Assembly (NCBI GenBank): GCA_900234795.1
Contig: LT962688.1
Span: 5,130,001 to 5,162,000 of the forward strand
Direction of reading: 5' to 3'
Length of the DNA: 32,000 bases
Source: Methylorubrum extorquens
GTDB lineage: Bacteria > Pseudomonadota > Alphaproteobacteria > Rhizobiales > Beijerinckiaceae
The position numbers were made by a program, and so were the translations under genes. The notes beneath the pieces were generated by a model, which did not search any database, had not been told where the DNA came from, and worked only from the letters and a program-made list of their open reading frames with translations. Below are positions 9,295 through 18,138 of the stretch, piece by piece (positions within the stretch are counted from its first letter, which is position 1; every line of letters begins with the position of its first letter).

Positions 9295-9549
9295 GACGGT
9301 GGCGACGAAGCCGGAAGAACTGTGTTTCGATCCTCCTGGGTCTGGAGGCGAACAAGTAGCAGCCCCGGATGCCGTCCGCGACGATCTCGAAGAAACGCCC
9401 AGAATCGCCGTATGGGGCTGTTGGTGGGGCACATAGACGACCTACCGGGCGTAAAGAGATCGGCTTGATCGTCCTCTACGAGGCGGGCACGTTTCGCTGG
9501 CCGAGCCGGGCAGTCACTTCACTGGCCGCATTCGGTCGCTCGAGGCCGC

Positions 9550-9840
9550 TCAGCTTGCGCGGATCGCCTCAACGGTTTCGCGGCAAGACGGCGCCACATC
9601 GGCCACGACCCGTTCAAGAGGCGTGAGACCGAGCCAGATCCCCGCCGCGGTAGTGACGGCCCACCAATAGTCCTTCCCAACGCGCTGAACCAGGGTCGGT
9701 AGGGCCGAGGACACGCAGCTTTGCGCCTGGGCAACGACCTGCGGCGCCACCTTCGCTTGGCGAAGGCGGTCAGCCACCTCCGCTTGAACCGGTTGGAGGA
9801 TCAGGGTGCTGGCAAGGAAGTAGGCGACGCTGGTCAGCAT
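9550..9840 (-). CDS. hypothetical small exported/membrane protein
   Basis: The internal start MLTSVAYFLASTLILQPVQA is signal-like, with AGGAG 8 nt upstream. A second hydrophobic stretch is YWWAVTTAAGIWLGL. Confidence 0.45.
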   Translation of the reverse strand: MLTSVAYFLASTLILQPVQAEVADRLRQAKVAPQVVAQAQSCVSSALPTLVQRVGKDYWWAVTTAAGIWLGLTPLERVVADVAPSCRETVEAIRAS

Positions 9841-10518
9841 GGGCGTAACTCCTGTCGATGCCACCCGACATCGCACACGCTATCGACAGCACCTGTGCCA
9901 GAAGGGACCGGATTGGGGTTGCCCAGGACAACTCGGAAGACAGGTAGGTTGATCCGAGCCAAGATCGACGTTCGTTCTGGCCGCTTTCAGTTTCATCGCG
10001 CAGCTTACGATGATGCTCAGACCGCGAACGTGTAGGCGCCGACGAGCGCGAGCACGGTCGCGATGATGTCGATGCGCCTTGGACTCTCTGGCACCTAGAC
10101 CATCGGTAGTTGCTCCAGTTTGGTGAAGCTGACGCAGACGGCCGGTGCCTTCGTGGCGGACGATTACGGGTTTGGAGCGGCCTTGTTACGCCGCTTCAAC
10201 TCCTGCCGCGCATGTTCCTTGGCCCACTCAGCCACCGCTTCACATGCAACCTTACAGTGGAGGCTTTCCGTCGTGTGCCCTGCGTACGGATACTCGCTCC
10301 GCCAGCGACGCTGGATCATGCCGGTGATCGATTAGTTCAGCATGGTGAGTTGTCGTGCGTCATCTTCCTGAGTTCCTGAACTGACGGTAATTAGCGCTAT
10401 GGCGCTTGATTGCGCCACGGCCTCACAGGATTGAAATACCGGCCGTTTAATTTGTGTCAGCGCGGACGACGGCCGATGCCCTTACGATTGACATCTCACC
10501 GGTCCGGCTTGAACGCGA

Positions 10519-10968
10519 ATGTCCGATCTTGACCAAGTTCTCGTCGGCCATCGAGTCCTGGTGGTCGAGGATGAATACCTCATCGCCTTGCTGATGACGG
10601 AATGGCTTGAGGCGGCAGGCGCCGACGTGGTCGGACCAGCGCCGACCGTCGAGAAGGCGCTCGCCCTCATCGAGAGCGACGTTGTTGATGCGGCGATCCT
10701 CGACGTCAATCTCGGTCACGGCCGCACCGTCTATCTGGTCGCCGACAAGCTCAGTGTGATTGGCGTGCCGTACATGTTCGCGACGGGCGACGTGATGATG
10801 GCGATTGCGGACGCCTACAAGCACCAACCCCGTGTGGAGAAACCGTTCTCGGAGACCGCATTCATCTGCGCGCTCAAGAAGCTTACCACGTCTCCTTCGC
10901 AGCTTCCCGTCACAGTATCGCCCATCGCCGCGGCCTGCCGCGAAGAGGCTCACGAGGTCGTCCAATAG
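10519..10968 (+). CDS. single-domain response regulator (CheY-like receiver)
   Basis: RVLVVEDEYLIALLM...AAILDVNLGHG...PYMFATGD...VEKPF. No output domain. Confidence 0.85.
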   Translation: MSDLDQVLVGHRVLVVEDEYLIALLMTEWLEAAGADVVGPAPTVEKALALIESDVVDAAILDVNLGHGRTVYLVADKLSVIGVPYMFATGDVMMAIADAYKHQPRVEKPFSETAFICALKKLTTSPSQLPVTVSPIAAACREEAHEVVQ

Positions 10969-11081
10969 GGAAGAAGGCGGCGAAGTAGACGATCAGGGAG
11001 CCTGGGGGCTGATCGTGGCGGAAGGCTCCAGTGGGTCTTGAGAGGGGACGAGATCAAGCACGGACGGGCTCCCCGTAACGC

Positions 11082-11846
11082 TCAGATTGGTGGTTCCATC
11101 CAAGATGATGCGATCTCGCCCATCCGCCGTCCGCTTCCCAGTTGCAGATAGCCCGGGTCGAACTCGGCAACTGCCATCAGGCGCGGCAGGTCGAGGACCG
11201 TCAGGTGCTTGCCCTTGCGAGCAATCAGCCCGGCACGCCTGAGCGCACCAAGCGAGCGGTTCACGTGCACGGGCGTCATACCGGTAGTGTCGGCGAGATC
11301 GTGCTGTATGACCGGCAGCAGGTAGCTGTTCCCGTTCACGAGCCCCACCTCGCGCAGGCGCATGAATAGCTCGCAGAAGAGATGCGCAAGCCGCTCCACG
11401 GCCGAGCGGCAGCCGAGGTTCACGAGCCAGACCCGCAGCCTCGCCTCGTCCACGCGCGCCGCTGTTTGCAGCGCCTGAGCTACGGCGGGACGCCGACGCA
11501 AGTCGCTCACGACGTTAGGCTCAACCCGGGTAACGCGGCAATTTGAATGAGTGCCGATGGCATGATCCATCCGGTCCAATCCCAACGCGTCGAGGTCGCA
11601 GACATCGCCAGGAACGAGGTAGGCTATAATCTGGCGCCTTCCGTTCTTCCGCAGCTTGTAGCGGCAGGCGTAGCCCTCCACGAGGACGATCATGCCCTCC
11701 GCCCGACCACCATCGGGAATGAGGTCTGTTCCGGACGGAAAGTGCTGCGCATCCGCCTCGATCGCCGCTAGGGCAACCTTGTCCGCCGCATGCAGGGGAG
11801 CAAGGGCATCGAGTTTGCGAACAAACGGTCTGTGGAGTTCGTCCAT
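11082..11846 (-). CDS. Crp/Fnr-family transcriptional regulator
   Basis: cNMP-binding-like N-terminal region (VLVEGYACRYKLRKNGRRQIIAYLVPGDVCD). C-terminal HTH: LLPVIQHDLADTTGMTPVHVNRSLGALRRAGLI. Start taken at MDELHRPF. Confidence 0.85.
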   Translation of the reverse strand: MDELHRPFVRKLDALAPLHAADKVALAAIEADAQHFPSGTDLIPDGGRAEGMIVLVEGYACRYKLRKNGRRQIIAYLVPGDVCDLDALGLDRMDHAIGTHSNCRVTRVEPNVVSDLRRRPAVAQALQTAARVDEARLRVWLVNLGCRSAVERLAHLFCELFMRLREVGLVNGNSYLLPVIQHDLADTTGMTPVHVNRSLGALRRAGLIARKGKHLTVLDLPRLMAVAEFDPGYLQLGSGRRMGEIASSWMEPPI

Positions 11847-12119
11847 GGCGACCGCTCCATTACCTACATGTCGCAAAGAGCCGTCAGCGAACAACTCGCC
11901 TTATGGTTCGACGCCCAACACACTCGCACCATAACGCCAGTTGTTCACCTATGATAGAGCGCTGCTCCGAAGTTCGAGATTTGCGATGCGGCAGCCAAAA
12001 CACTCATGTGGTTGCGTCAAGGCGACGATCGGCGCCCCACCATCCATCGCTGATCCTTATCTGGCTGTGAGTGCCTGACAGACCTGGGTGCTCCCGCCTC
12101 GCTCGCGTGGAGTCCGTCC

Positions 12120-12299
12120 ATGGCACGCTACTTCTTCGATGTTCATGACGGCACTGTCCAGCGGGATGACACCGGAGCGGAGTGCGCCACCTTGGGTGAT
12201 GCGCGGGCGCAAGCCATGCAACTTTTACTTGACATTGCACGAGAGCAAGCCCATCGCGGCAGTGACCAGCATGCCTACATTGTGCTGGTGAGCGACGAG
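12120..12299 (+). pseudogene. DUF6894-like small protein, apparently 3'-truncated
   Basis: MARYFFDVHDGTVQRDDTGAECATLGDARAQAMQLLLDIA...YIVLVSDE resembles the intact paralog at 19386-19616. GGAG lies 7 nt upstream. Beyond about aa 60 the ORF continues only as the antisense of the glycerate-kinase fragment. Confidence 0.55.
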
Positions 12300-12932
12300 G
12301 ATCGCCAACGCTTCCGCGCAGGTGGTCGGATCGGGGACCGTCGGTCCCGACGCGATATCGAGTGGATCATCGCCGGGCGTGTCGGAGATCAGGAGGGTCA
12401 CGACCCTGGCCGGATGGCAGGCCGCCGCAAGCCGCCCGCCCTTGGTTGCCGAGAGGTGACGCCGGACGCAGTTGATCTCGCCGATGTCGGCGCCGGACTT
12501 CAGCAGAGCGCGGTTTACCGCTTGCTTGTCCGCCAGGGTCAAACCTGGGGCGGGCAGCGACAGCAGCGCCAAGCCGCCGCCCAAGATCAGGCAAATCACG
12601 AGATCGCCGGCGTCGAGCCCGGCGACCCGGTCCAGGATGCTCCGCGCGGCGGTCTCTCCGGCCGCATTGGGCACGGGGTGGCCCGCCTCGACGACCTCGA
12701 TGCGCTGGGTTGGGGCGCCATGTCCGTAGCGCGTGACAACGAGCCCGGAGAGTTCGCCCGGCCATGACACCTCGACCGCTCGGGCCATTGAGGCGGCGGC
12801 CTTGCCGGCTCCGACCACCACGGTGCGACCGCGAGGCGGGTCCGGCAGGTGCCGAGCCAGGCTGACGGCCGGATCGGCCGCCGCCACGGCCGCCGCGAAG
12901 AGCCGCCGCAGAAATTCTCCGGGCTCGACCAC
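12297..12932 (-). pseudogene. glycerate 2-kinase / hydroxypyruvate reductase (TtuD-like, DUF4147 N-terminal half only)
   Basis: VVVGAGKAAASMA...EAGHPVPNAAG...ICLILGGGLALL...INCVRRHLSATKGGRLA...LISDTPGDDPLDIASGPTVPD. Similarity stops after ...CAEALAIL, at about half the usual length. Confidence 0.75.
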
Positions 12933-12936
12933 GATC

Positions 12937-13622
12937 CTACTCGTTGTCGCCCTGCAAGGCCGCGATCACCGCATCCGTGACCTGCCGGGTCGTTGCCTTA
13001 CCGCCGAGGTCCGGCGTGTGCAGGTTCGGATCCGCGGTGACGCGCTCCACTGCCCGCATCAGCCGGTCGGCCGCCGGCTGCTCGCCGAGGTGCTCCAGCA
13101 TCTGGCAGGCGGTCCAGAAAGTCGCGATCGGGTTGGCGATGCCCTTACCGGTGATGTCGAAGGCCGAGCCGTGGATCGGCTCGAACATCGACGGGAAGGT
13201 GCGCTCCGGATTGATGTTGGCGGTCGGCGCGATGCCGAGCGAGCTGGCCAGCGCCGCGGCGAGGTCCGAGAGGATGTCGGCGTGCAGGTTCGTGGCGACA
13301 ATGGTATCCAGCGTCTCCGGCTTCATCGTCATGCGCATGGTCATGGCGTCGACAAGCATCTTGTCCCAGGTGACATCGGGGAAGTCCCTCGCAACCTCAT
13401 CCGCAATCTCGTCCCACATGACCATGGCGTGGCGCTGCGCGTTCGACTTCGTCACCACGGTCAGGAGCTTGCGCGGGCGGGACTGCGCCCGCTTGAAAGC
13501 GAAGCGGATGATCCGGTCGACATCCGAACGGGTCATCATCGAGACGTTGGTAGCGACCTCGTTAAGATGACCCTGGTGCACGCGGCCGCCGACGCCTGCA
13601 TACTCGCCCTCCGAGTTCTCGG
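12937..13622 (-). pseudogene. tartrate dehydrogenase/decarboxylase (isopropylmalate-dehydrogenase family), C-terminal about 228 aa only
   Basis: ENSEGEYAGVGGRVHQG...SRPRKLLTVVTKSNA...GIAPTANINPERTFPSMFEPIHGSAFDITGKGIANPIATFW. The N-terminal third is missing, and upstream residues in the ORF are unrelated. Confidence 0.8.
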
Positions 13623-13783
13623 CTCGTCCAGGAACTGTTCGACCTGACTCCAGCCGAGGCACGGGGCGCCCGCGACATCGCCCGACGACTGGGCGTCTTA
13701 GAGGCAGCGGTTCAGGCCGGCGTGACCGAAGGTACCGTTCGTAGCCACCATCGTGCATTCGAGACAGCGTCCGGCGCGTCATA
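13623..13783 (+). pseudogene. possible LuxR/GerE-type HTH remnant (C-terminal fragment, no start)
   Basis: LTPAEARGARDIARRLGVLEAAVQAGVTEGTVRSHHRAFETASG follows the LTPAEAR...TVRSH... pattern of LuxR-type HTH domains. It is wedged between two truncated genes. Confidence 0.3.
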
Positions 13784-14233
13784 GAGGCGTTGGAGCAGGA
13801 GCAGAGTGTGATCGACCGCTCGATCGATGCAGAGGTAGACCGGTCGCTTGAATGGCGCAGGAAGGAGACCCTCCTGACCTCCGTTCCTGGTGTTGGACCG
13901 ACGATCGCACGAACCCTGAACGCGCAGCTGCCCGAGCTTGGAAGCCTCAACGGAAAGCAAGTCGCCACGCTGGTCGGCTTGGCCCCTTGGACGCGGCAAT
14001 CCGTTCAGTGGCGAGGGAGGAGCTTCATCGCAGGCGGCCGCGCACCTGTTCGCACGGCGCTGTTCATGGGGGCCATGAGGGCCAGCCGTCACAACGCCGC
14101 GCTGAAAACCTTCCGTGACCGGCTCATCGCAGCCGGTAAGCCCAAGCTCGTCACCCTGATTGCCACCGCTCGGAAGCTGATCACCATCCTCAACGCCATC
14201 CTGAGAGACGGAACGCCATGGCAACCCGCTTGA
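13745..14233 (+). mobile_element. IS110-family transposase, C-terminal fragment only
   Basis: LLTSVPGVGPTIARTLNAQLPELGSLNGKQVATLVGLAPWTRQS...GGRAPVRTALFMGAM...GKPKLVTLIATARKLITILNAILRDGTPW (Transposase_20-type region). The N-terminal catalytic domain is absent. Confidence 0.8.
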
Positions 14234-14678
14234 CTAGCAAGACAGTCGCTCACTCGGCTCCGTCCAAAATACCGGTCAGGTCACACCGTTTGTGTGCGTG
14301 ATGAGGCCAACGCCTCGATCTACACGGCGACGCTAACGTACCCTGGCGTCCGAACGAGCAACCCCGCGGCGCTGGGATCGTCGGGTTGAGCCGGGCAGGT
14401 CCGTTACTGCCTCAGTACCGCCGCTCGAAACGGCTGACGAACCGCCTACGGCGTGCTCGGCTTCTCGACGCCCCTGGCGCGCCCCAGTCGGCAGCGAACG
14501 ACAGCCAGATGAGCCTAGCCTCGTCCTCCAGCATGCTACTCAGCCCGATCACACCGAGCTATGGCGAGTCGGACCATTCGGCACCGTCACACTGCTCCGG
14601 CTCGTTGTCGTCGGACAGTGGGTCGTCTTGCTCAGGTAGCGACGGCGGTGGCGACTGAGAGCCCAGCAGAATTCCGCG

Positions 14679-14942
14679 CTACCAAACTGCGCGTTCAGCC
14701 TTCGGCTTCAGTCGTCGTGCCGGGGCAACGAATCCCTCGGTCGGCGCCATCTCGTCTGCCATAGTGTAGGAGATCGGCTGGCTCGGTCCTTTGACATAGC
14801 CGGCTTGCGAGGCGCCGACCACGGCAGCGCCGACAAGGCTCAGAAGCACGAAGCCGAAGCTGACGAACTTCGGAAGATCCCAGCTGTGCAGCACCGCCGC
14901 TCCGGCAGCGCCAACAGCTAAGAAGCCGACAACCTGATACAC
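14679..14942 (-). CDS. hypothetical small membrane protein (two predicted TM helices)
   Basis: VVGFLAVGAAGAAVLH and FVSFGFVLLSLVGAAVVGA. GTG start with only a weak AAGG upstream. Confidence 0.35.
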   Translation of the reverse strand: MYQVVGFLAVGAAGAAVLHSWDLPKFVSFGFVLLSLVGAAVVGASQAGYVKGPSQPISYTMADEMAPTEGFVAPARRLKPKAERAVW

Positions 14943-15075
14943 CGCCCGCCAACCTTAGGTTGCGCGCATTTCTATAGCGCGCAATCTAGATATGCCATTC
15001 CATCGCAAACGTGGCCGTGTTGCGGCACACCAGGACGGTGGACGTGCAGACTGCAGACTGCGATAGGGCCGATCG

Positions 15076-15410
15076 ATGTCCCGCCTCGCCACGCAGGCTC
15101 CGCGCCTCGGCACCCTAGACACGCGGACAGCCCGCCCGGCACCGAAGCAGGCCGATCCCGATCTCCTCACCCCGAGCACAAGGCATGGCGCCAAGAGATA
15201 CTGATGCGAGCCGGATGGAAGTGTCAGGCGCCTGGCTGCACAGCCCACGGCAGGCGCGGCGGCGTCAGGCTTTACGCCGAACACATCGTGGAGCGCAGGG
15301 ACGGCGGCGCGCCTCTGGACCCGGCCAATGGGCAGGCGCTCTGCCCGAAGCATCATTCCGAGAAGACGGCGCGGGAGCGGGCCAAGAGGATGGGACAGAG
15401 GCCCGCCTGA
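15076..15410 (+). pseudogene. phage-type HNH endonuclease, one frameshift
   Basis: MSRLATQAPRLGTLDTRTARPAPKQADPDLLTP in one frame. After a break at C4 (15170-15173) it continues EHKAWRQEILMRAGWKCQAPGC...EHIVERRDGGAPLDPANGQALCPKHHSEKT (HNH motif). Confidence 0.7.
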
Positions 15411-15688
15411 TCGTTCAGGGCCCTCCTGGGCGGATGTCAGGGTCGAAGAAGGACAAGTCGACGCTGCCGAGCTCGACCGAGAACTGACGACACGTCACCA
15501 GCAGCACCACCTGAGCAGATCGGTCTAGGAAGTAGCCACGCTTGCCGTGAGTGACTGCGAGACCAGGGTATTCCCACGGTGAGCCCGCGACAACTCGCGA
15601 CATCCGCGTACGTAGAGCTGGCCGAGCCGCCTTAGGGGCAAGCCCGATGAGCGGCTTTCGGCCGGCAGTAATGGGCTACCCGCAGGGG

Positions 15689-16006
15689 TTAGAGTTGCCG
15701 CTCGCTGAGCAGGTCGCCCGCCTCGTCGAAGACGCCCTGCCAAGCAATCTGATGAGTTCGGATCGTCACACGCGAGCGCCCCTCGTCGTCACCGCTGCCC
15801 GCTTCAATGCGGCTCGTAACAAGGCCAAGCTTCATCAAGAAGCGGAGATGCAGCTCCGTCATGTTGAGCCTAATAGCAATCTCGATGGGATCAACAATCC
15901 AGTCGCCGAACTGATCGAGTGTAAGGCGCATAGCCAAGCCCTCTGCCAGCTCGACAGTATAAGCGGGCTGAGGCTGACCGTACCAGAAACTTGGGACGGG
16001 GGGCAT
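15689..16006 (-). CDS. hypothetical small protein, DUF6522-like pattern
   Basis: IVDPIEIAIRLNMTELHLRFLMKLGLVTSRIEAGSGDDEGRSRVTIRTHQIAWQGVFDEAGDLL. The opposite-strand ORF (15551-16111) looks like its shadow. An alternative start is at 15931. Confidence 0.5.
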   Translation of the reverse strand: MPPVPSFWYGQPQPAYTVELAEGLAMRLTLDQFGDWIVDPIEIAIRLNMTELHLRFLMKLGLVTSRIEAGSGDDEGRSRVTIRTHQIAWQGVFDEAGDLLSERQL

Positions 16007-16113
16007 GCAAAGTCCCGCCGTCCAAGGGACCGGCTACCGCAAAGGGTCCCATCCGCATATTTTTTCCTGGTGGGTGAATTCGAGGACCGCGGAGTGCTGC
16101 GGACGACGTGACG

Positions 16114-16666
16114 ATGGGCAAGACGGAAAACGCCGATCGATTGGACGGCAATCGAGCGCGACTACGTTAAAACCTCATTGCCGGTCAGAGAGTTGGCCCG
16201 CTGGTACAACTGCGACGAGAAGGCGATCAGGCTGCGCGCGAAGGCCGGCGGCTGGCTTCGGCTGGGGCAGGAAAACTCCGCAGCCCCTCCGCGCGCTCCG
16301 CAGCCCCTGGATGCCCTCGTGGCGCCGATTGTCGAGCGCTTGCACGAGATGGCCCCCGACGAGCCGGCGCAGACACCGGACATCGTCGAGCAGGCGCGCC
16401 GTGTGGCCCTGCGCATGGTCGATGAGCTTGAGATTATGACGGGTCGCCGCGGCGAGCTTGAGGCGCTGATCGACGAGGCGCTGGCCGGGAAGGACAACGC
16501 GAAGCAGCGCGCCAGCCTTCAGAAGGCTCTGAGTCTCAGCGATCGGACCATGGTGCTGCAGAACATCGCGCTGGCGACGAAGACTCTGGCAGACGCGCAC
16601 GTGCCGGCCGGCAAGAAGGCCGCCGCGGCAGAGGATGCGAAGACTGACGGGCTCGGGTCAGACTGA
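16114..16666 (+). pseudogene. phage terminase small-subunit-like HTH protein; frameshift just after the ATG and 3' end cut by an IS
   Basis: ATG at 16114, then a frame change within 16114-16130. It continues PIDWTAIERDYVKTSLPVRELARWYNCDEKAIRLRAKAGGW. The ORF's TGA (16664-16666) overlaps the first two bases of the IS481-family end. Confidence 0.5.
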
Positions 16667-17666
16667 TGTTCGGTCCCGGCATGTGGTGTGACGGATCGAG
16701 CCTGAAGCGTTCGGGCTCTTTCGTCCAGGTCTGGCAGATGAACTCATAAGGTGTGAGGCCGCGCAGGGTCTTGAGTCGGCGGCCGTAGTTGTAGGCATCC
16801 ACGAACAGCTGCAGGTGCATCCGGAGCTCGTCGTGGCTGGCGTAATGGTAGCGCTTGACCGTGGCGTCCTTGATGGTGCGGTTCATCCGCTCGACTTGGC
16901 CATTCGTCCACGGGCAGCGCGGCTTGGTCAGGCGATGCTCGATCTTGGTCTGCTCGCAGGCCCACTCGAACGAGTGCCAGCGGTAGATGCGTGGCTCGTC
17001 GCGTTCGGCCCAATAAGCTGCCGCCTTAGCCTCGGCCTCCTCGTCCACCGGGTGGTTGTCGGTGAACTGGATGCCATTATCCGTCAGCACCGTGTGGATC
17101 GTGTACGGCACGGCGGCGACCAGATCGTGTAGAAAGGCTGCCGCGATCCGTTGAGTCGCCTTCTCGTGCAGTTGAACGAATGCGAACTTGCTCGTGCGAT
17201 CGATGGCCACGAACAGGTGCAGCTTGCCCTGTTCCGTGCTGACCTGTGCGATGTCGATGTGAAAGTAGCCGATCGGGTAGGCCTTGAAGCGCGACCGCTT
17301 AGGCTTGTCGCCGTCCACATCCGGCAGGCGGCTGATGCCGTGACGCTGCAGGCAGCGGTGGAGTGACGAGCGGGTCAGATGCGGCAGGCTCGGCTGCAGC
17401 GCGTAGAGGCAGTCGTCGAGCGGCAGCAGGGTGTGCCGCCGGAAGGCGACGATGACCGCCTCGTCCTCCAGGCTGAGCACGCTGGAGCGGGGCTCCTTCG
17501 GCCCCATCCGTGCATCCGTGCTGGTCTGGCGTGAGCGCCACTTCTGCACCGTCGTGGGGCTGATGCCGTAGCGCTTGGCAGCGGCCCTCACGCTCTCTTG
17601 ACGAGCTTGGATTGCCCGACGGACCGTCTCAGTCGTCGTGGCGCTGCCGTGGAGAACTTGTCCCAT
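16536..17666 (-). CDS. IS481-family transposase (HTH + rve), reading through the IS end
   Basis: MGQVLHGSATTTETVRRAIQ...; motifs FHIDIAQV, VLTDNGIQF, PWTNGQVERMNRT. There is no stop codon inside the element, so the ORF runs 43 codons into the flank. Confidence 0.85.
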   Translation of the reverse strand: MGQVLHGSATTTETVRRAIQARQESVRAAAKRYGISPTTVQKWRSRQTSTDARMGPKEPRSSVLSLEDEAVIVAFRRHTLLPLDDCLYALQPSLPHLTRSSLHRCLQRHGISRLPDVDGDKPKRSRFKAYPIGYFHIDIAQVSTEQGKLHLFVAIDRTSKFAFVQLHEKATQRIAAAFLHDLVAAVPYTIHTVLTDNGIQFTDNHPVDEEAEAKAAAYWAERDEPRIYRWHSFEWACEQTKIEHRLTKPRCPWTNGQVERMNRTIKDATVKRYHYASHDELRMHLQLFVDAYNYGRRLKTLRGLTPYEFICQTWTKEPERFRLDPSHHMPGPNISLTRARQSSHPLPRRPSCRPARARLPESSSPARCSAAPWSDR

Positions 17667-17721
17667 AGCGCGTCCCTCCATGCGGCATCAGTTGTATCAC
17701 CACACAGCGGGACCGAACATC
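16665..17721 (-). mobile_element. IS481-family insertion sequence, complete (1057 bp)
   Basis: Terminal inverted repeats are GATGTTCGGTCCCGGCATGTGG (16665-) and CCACACAGCGGGACCGAACATC (-17721). A single transposase ORF fills the element. No matching target duplication is seen. Confidence 0.8.
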
Positions 17722-18138
17722 TAGTGCGATGATCTCGCCGTGCCGGCGGCTCGCCCGAACTGATGGTGCCGTGGAGCACGGCGTGCCCAGATTGGGAGGC
17801 GCGGATCCTGGCACGCCGGATCCTGGTGCCGGATCTGCCGCTGTTCGAGGCCGAGGCGGCGCGGGCCGACGTGCCGCTGCCACCGCCGCATACGCTGCCG
17901 ACAACGATCGCCGGGGCGCGCACGGGCGTGAGCGAGGCGTAGAGCAGCGGGTCGGCTACGAGGGGGGCCAAGAGCCGACCCGCCGGCCGTTTGCCGAGAG
18001 TATCGGGCGAACCGCGGCGCAACGACAGCGAACCTTGGAACGCAACTAGGGCGCGCTCAAGCCGCGCGTGCGGCCTAACTCGATCGAGACCCGAGCCGGC
18101 CGGGCCAGCCGCGCATCCTCACCATCAGGACCATCACC

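Noticed and set aside
10017-10094. A 25-aa hydrophobic minus-strand ORF (VPESPRRIDIIATVLALVGAYTFAV), considered as a small membrane peptide or type I toxin.
   Set aside because: It has a GTG start with no Shine-Dalgarno at a usable distance, no recognisable antisense RNA or partner, and it is too short to separate from chance.
12120-12767. A 215-aa ORF that looks like a long protein beginning with the DUF6894 motif.
   Set aside because: Only the first about 60 aa resemble DUF6894. The rest is antisense to the glycerate-kinase fragment and is Arg/Gly-rich. It is treated as a truncated gene plus read-through.
16661-17726. A search for a CTAG-type target-site duplication around the complete IS481-family copy.
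   Set aside because: The flanks are ...CAGACT|G and C|TAGTGC. No boundary choice gives identical direct repeats, so no duplication is claimed.
17722-18138. GC-rich stretch with overlapping ORFs on both strands (17729-18049 +, 17588-18022 -), considered as a possible continuation of the terminase gene or another phage gene.
   Set aside because: All frames give Gly/Ala/Arg/Pro-rich low-complexity products. There are no motifs, starts with an RBS, or continuity with the truncated terminase-like gene. It is left unannotated.
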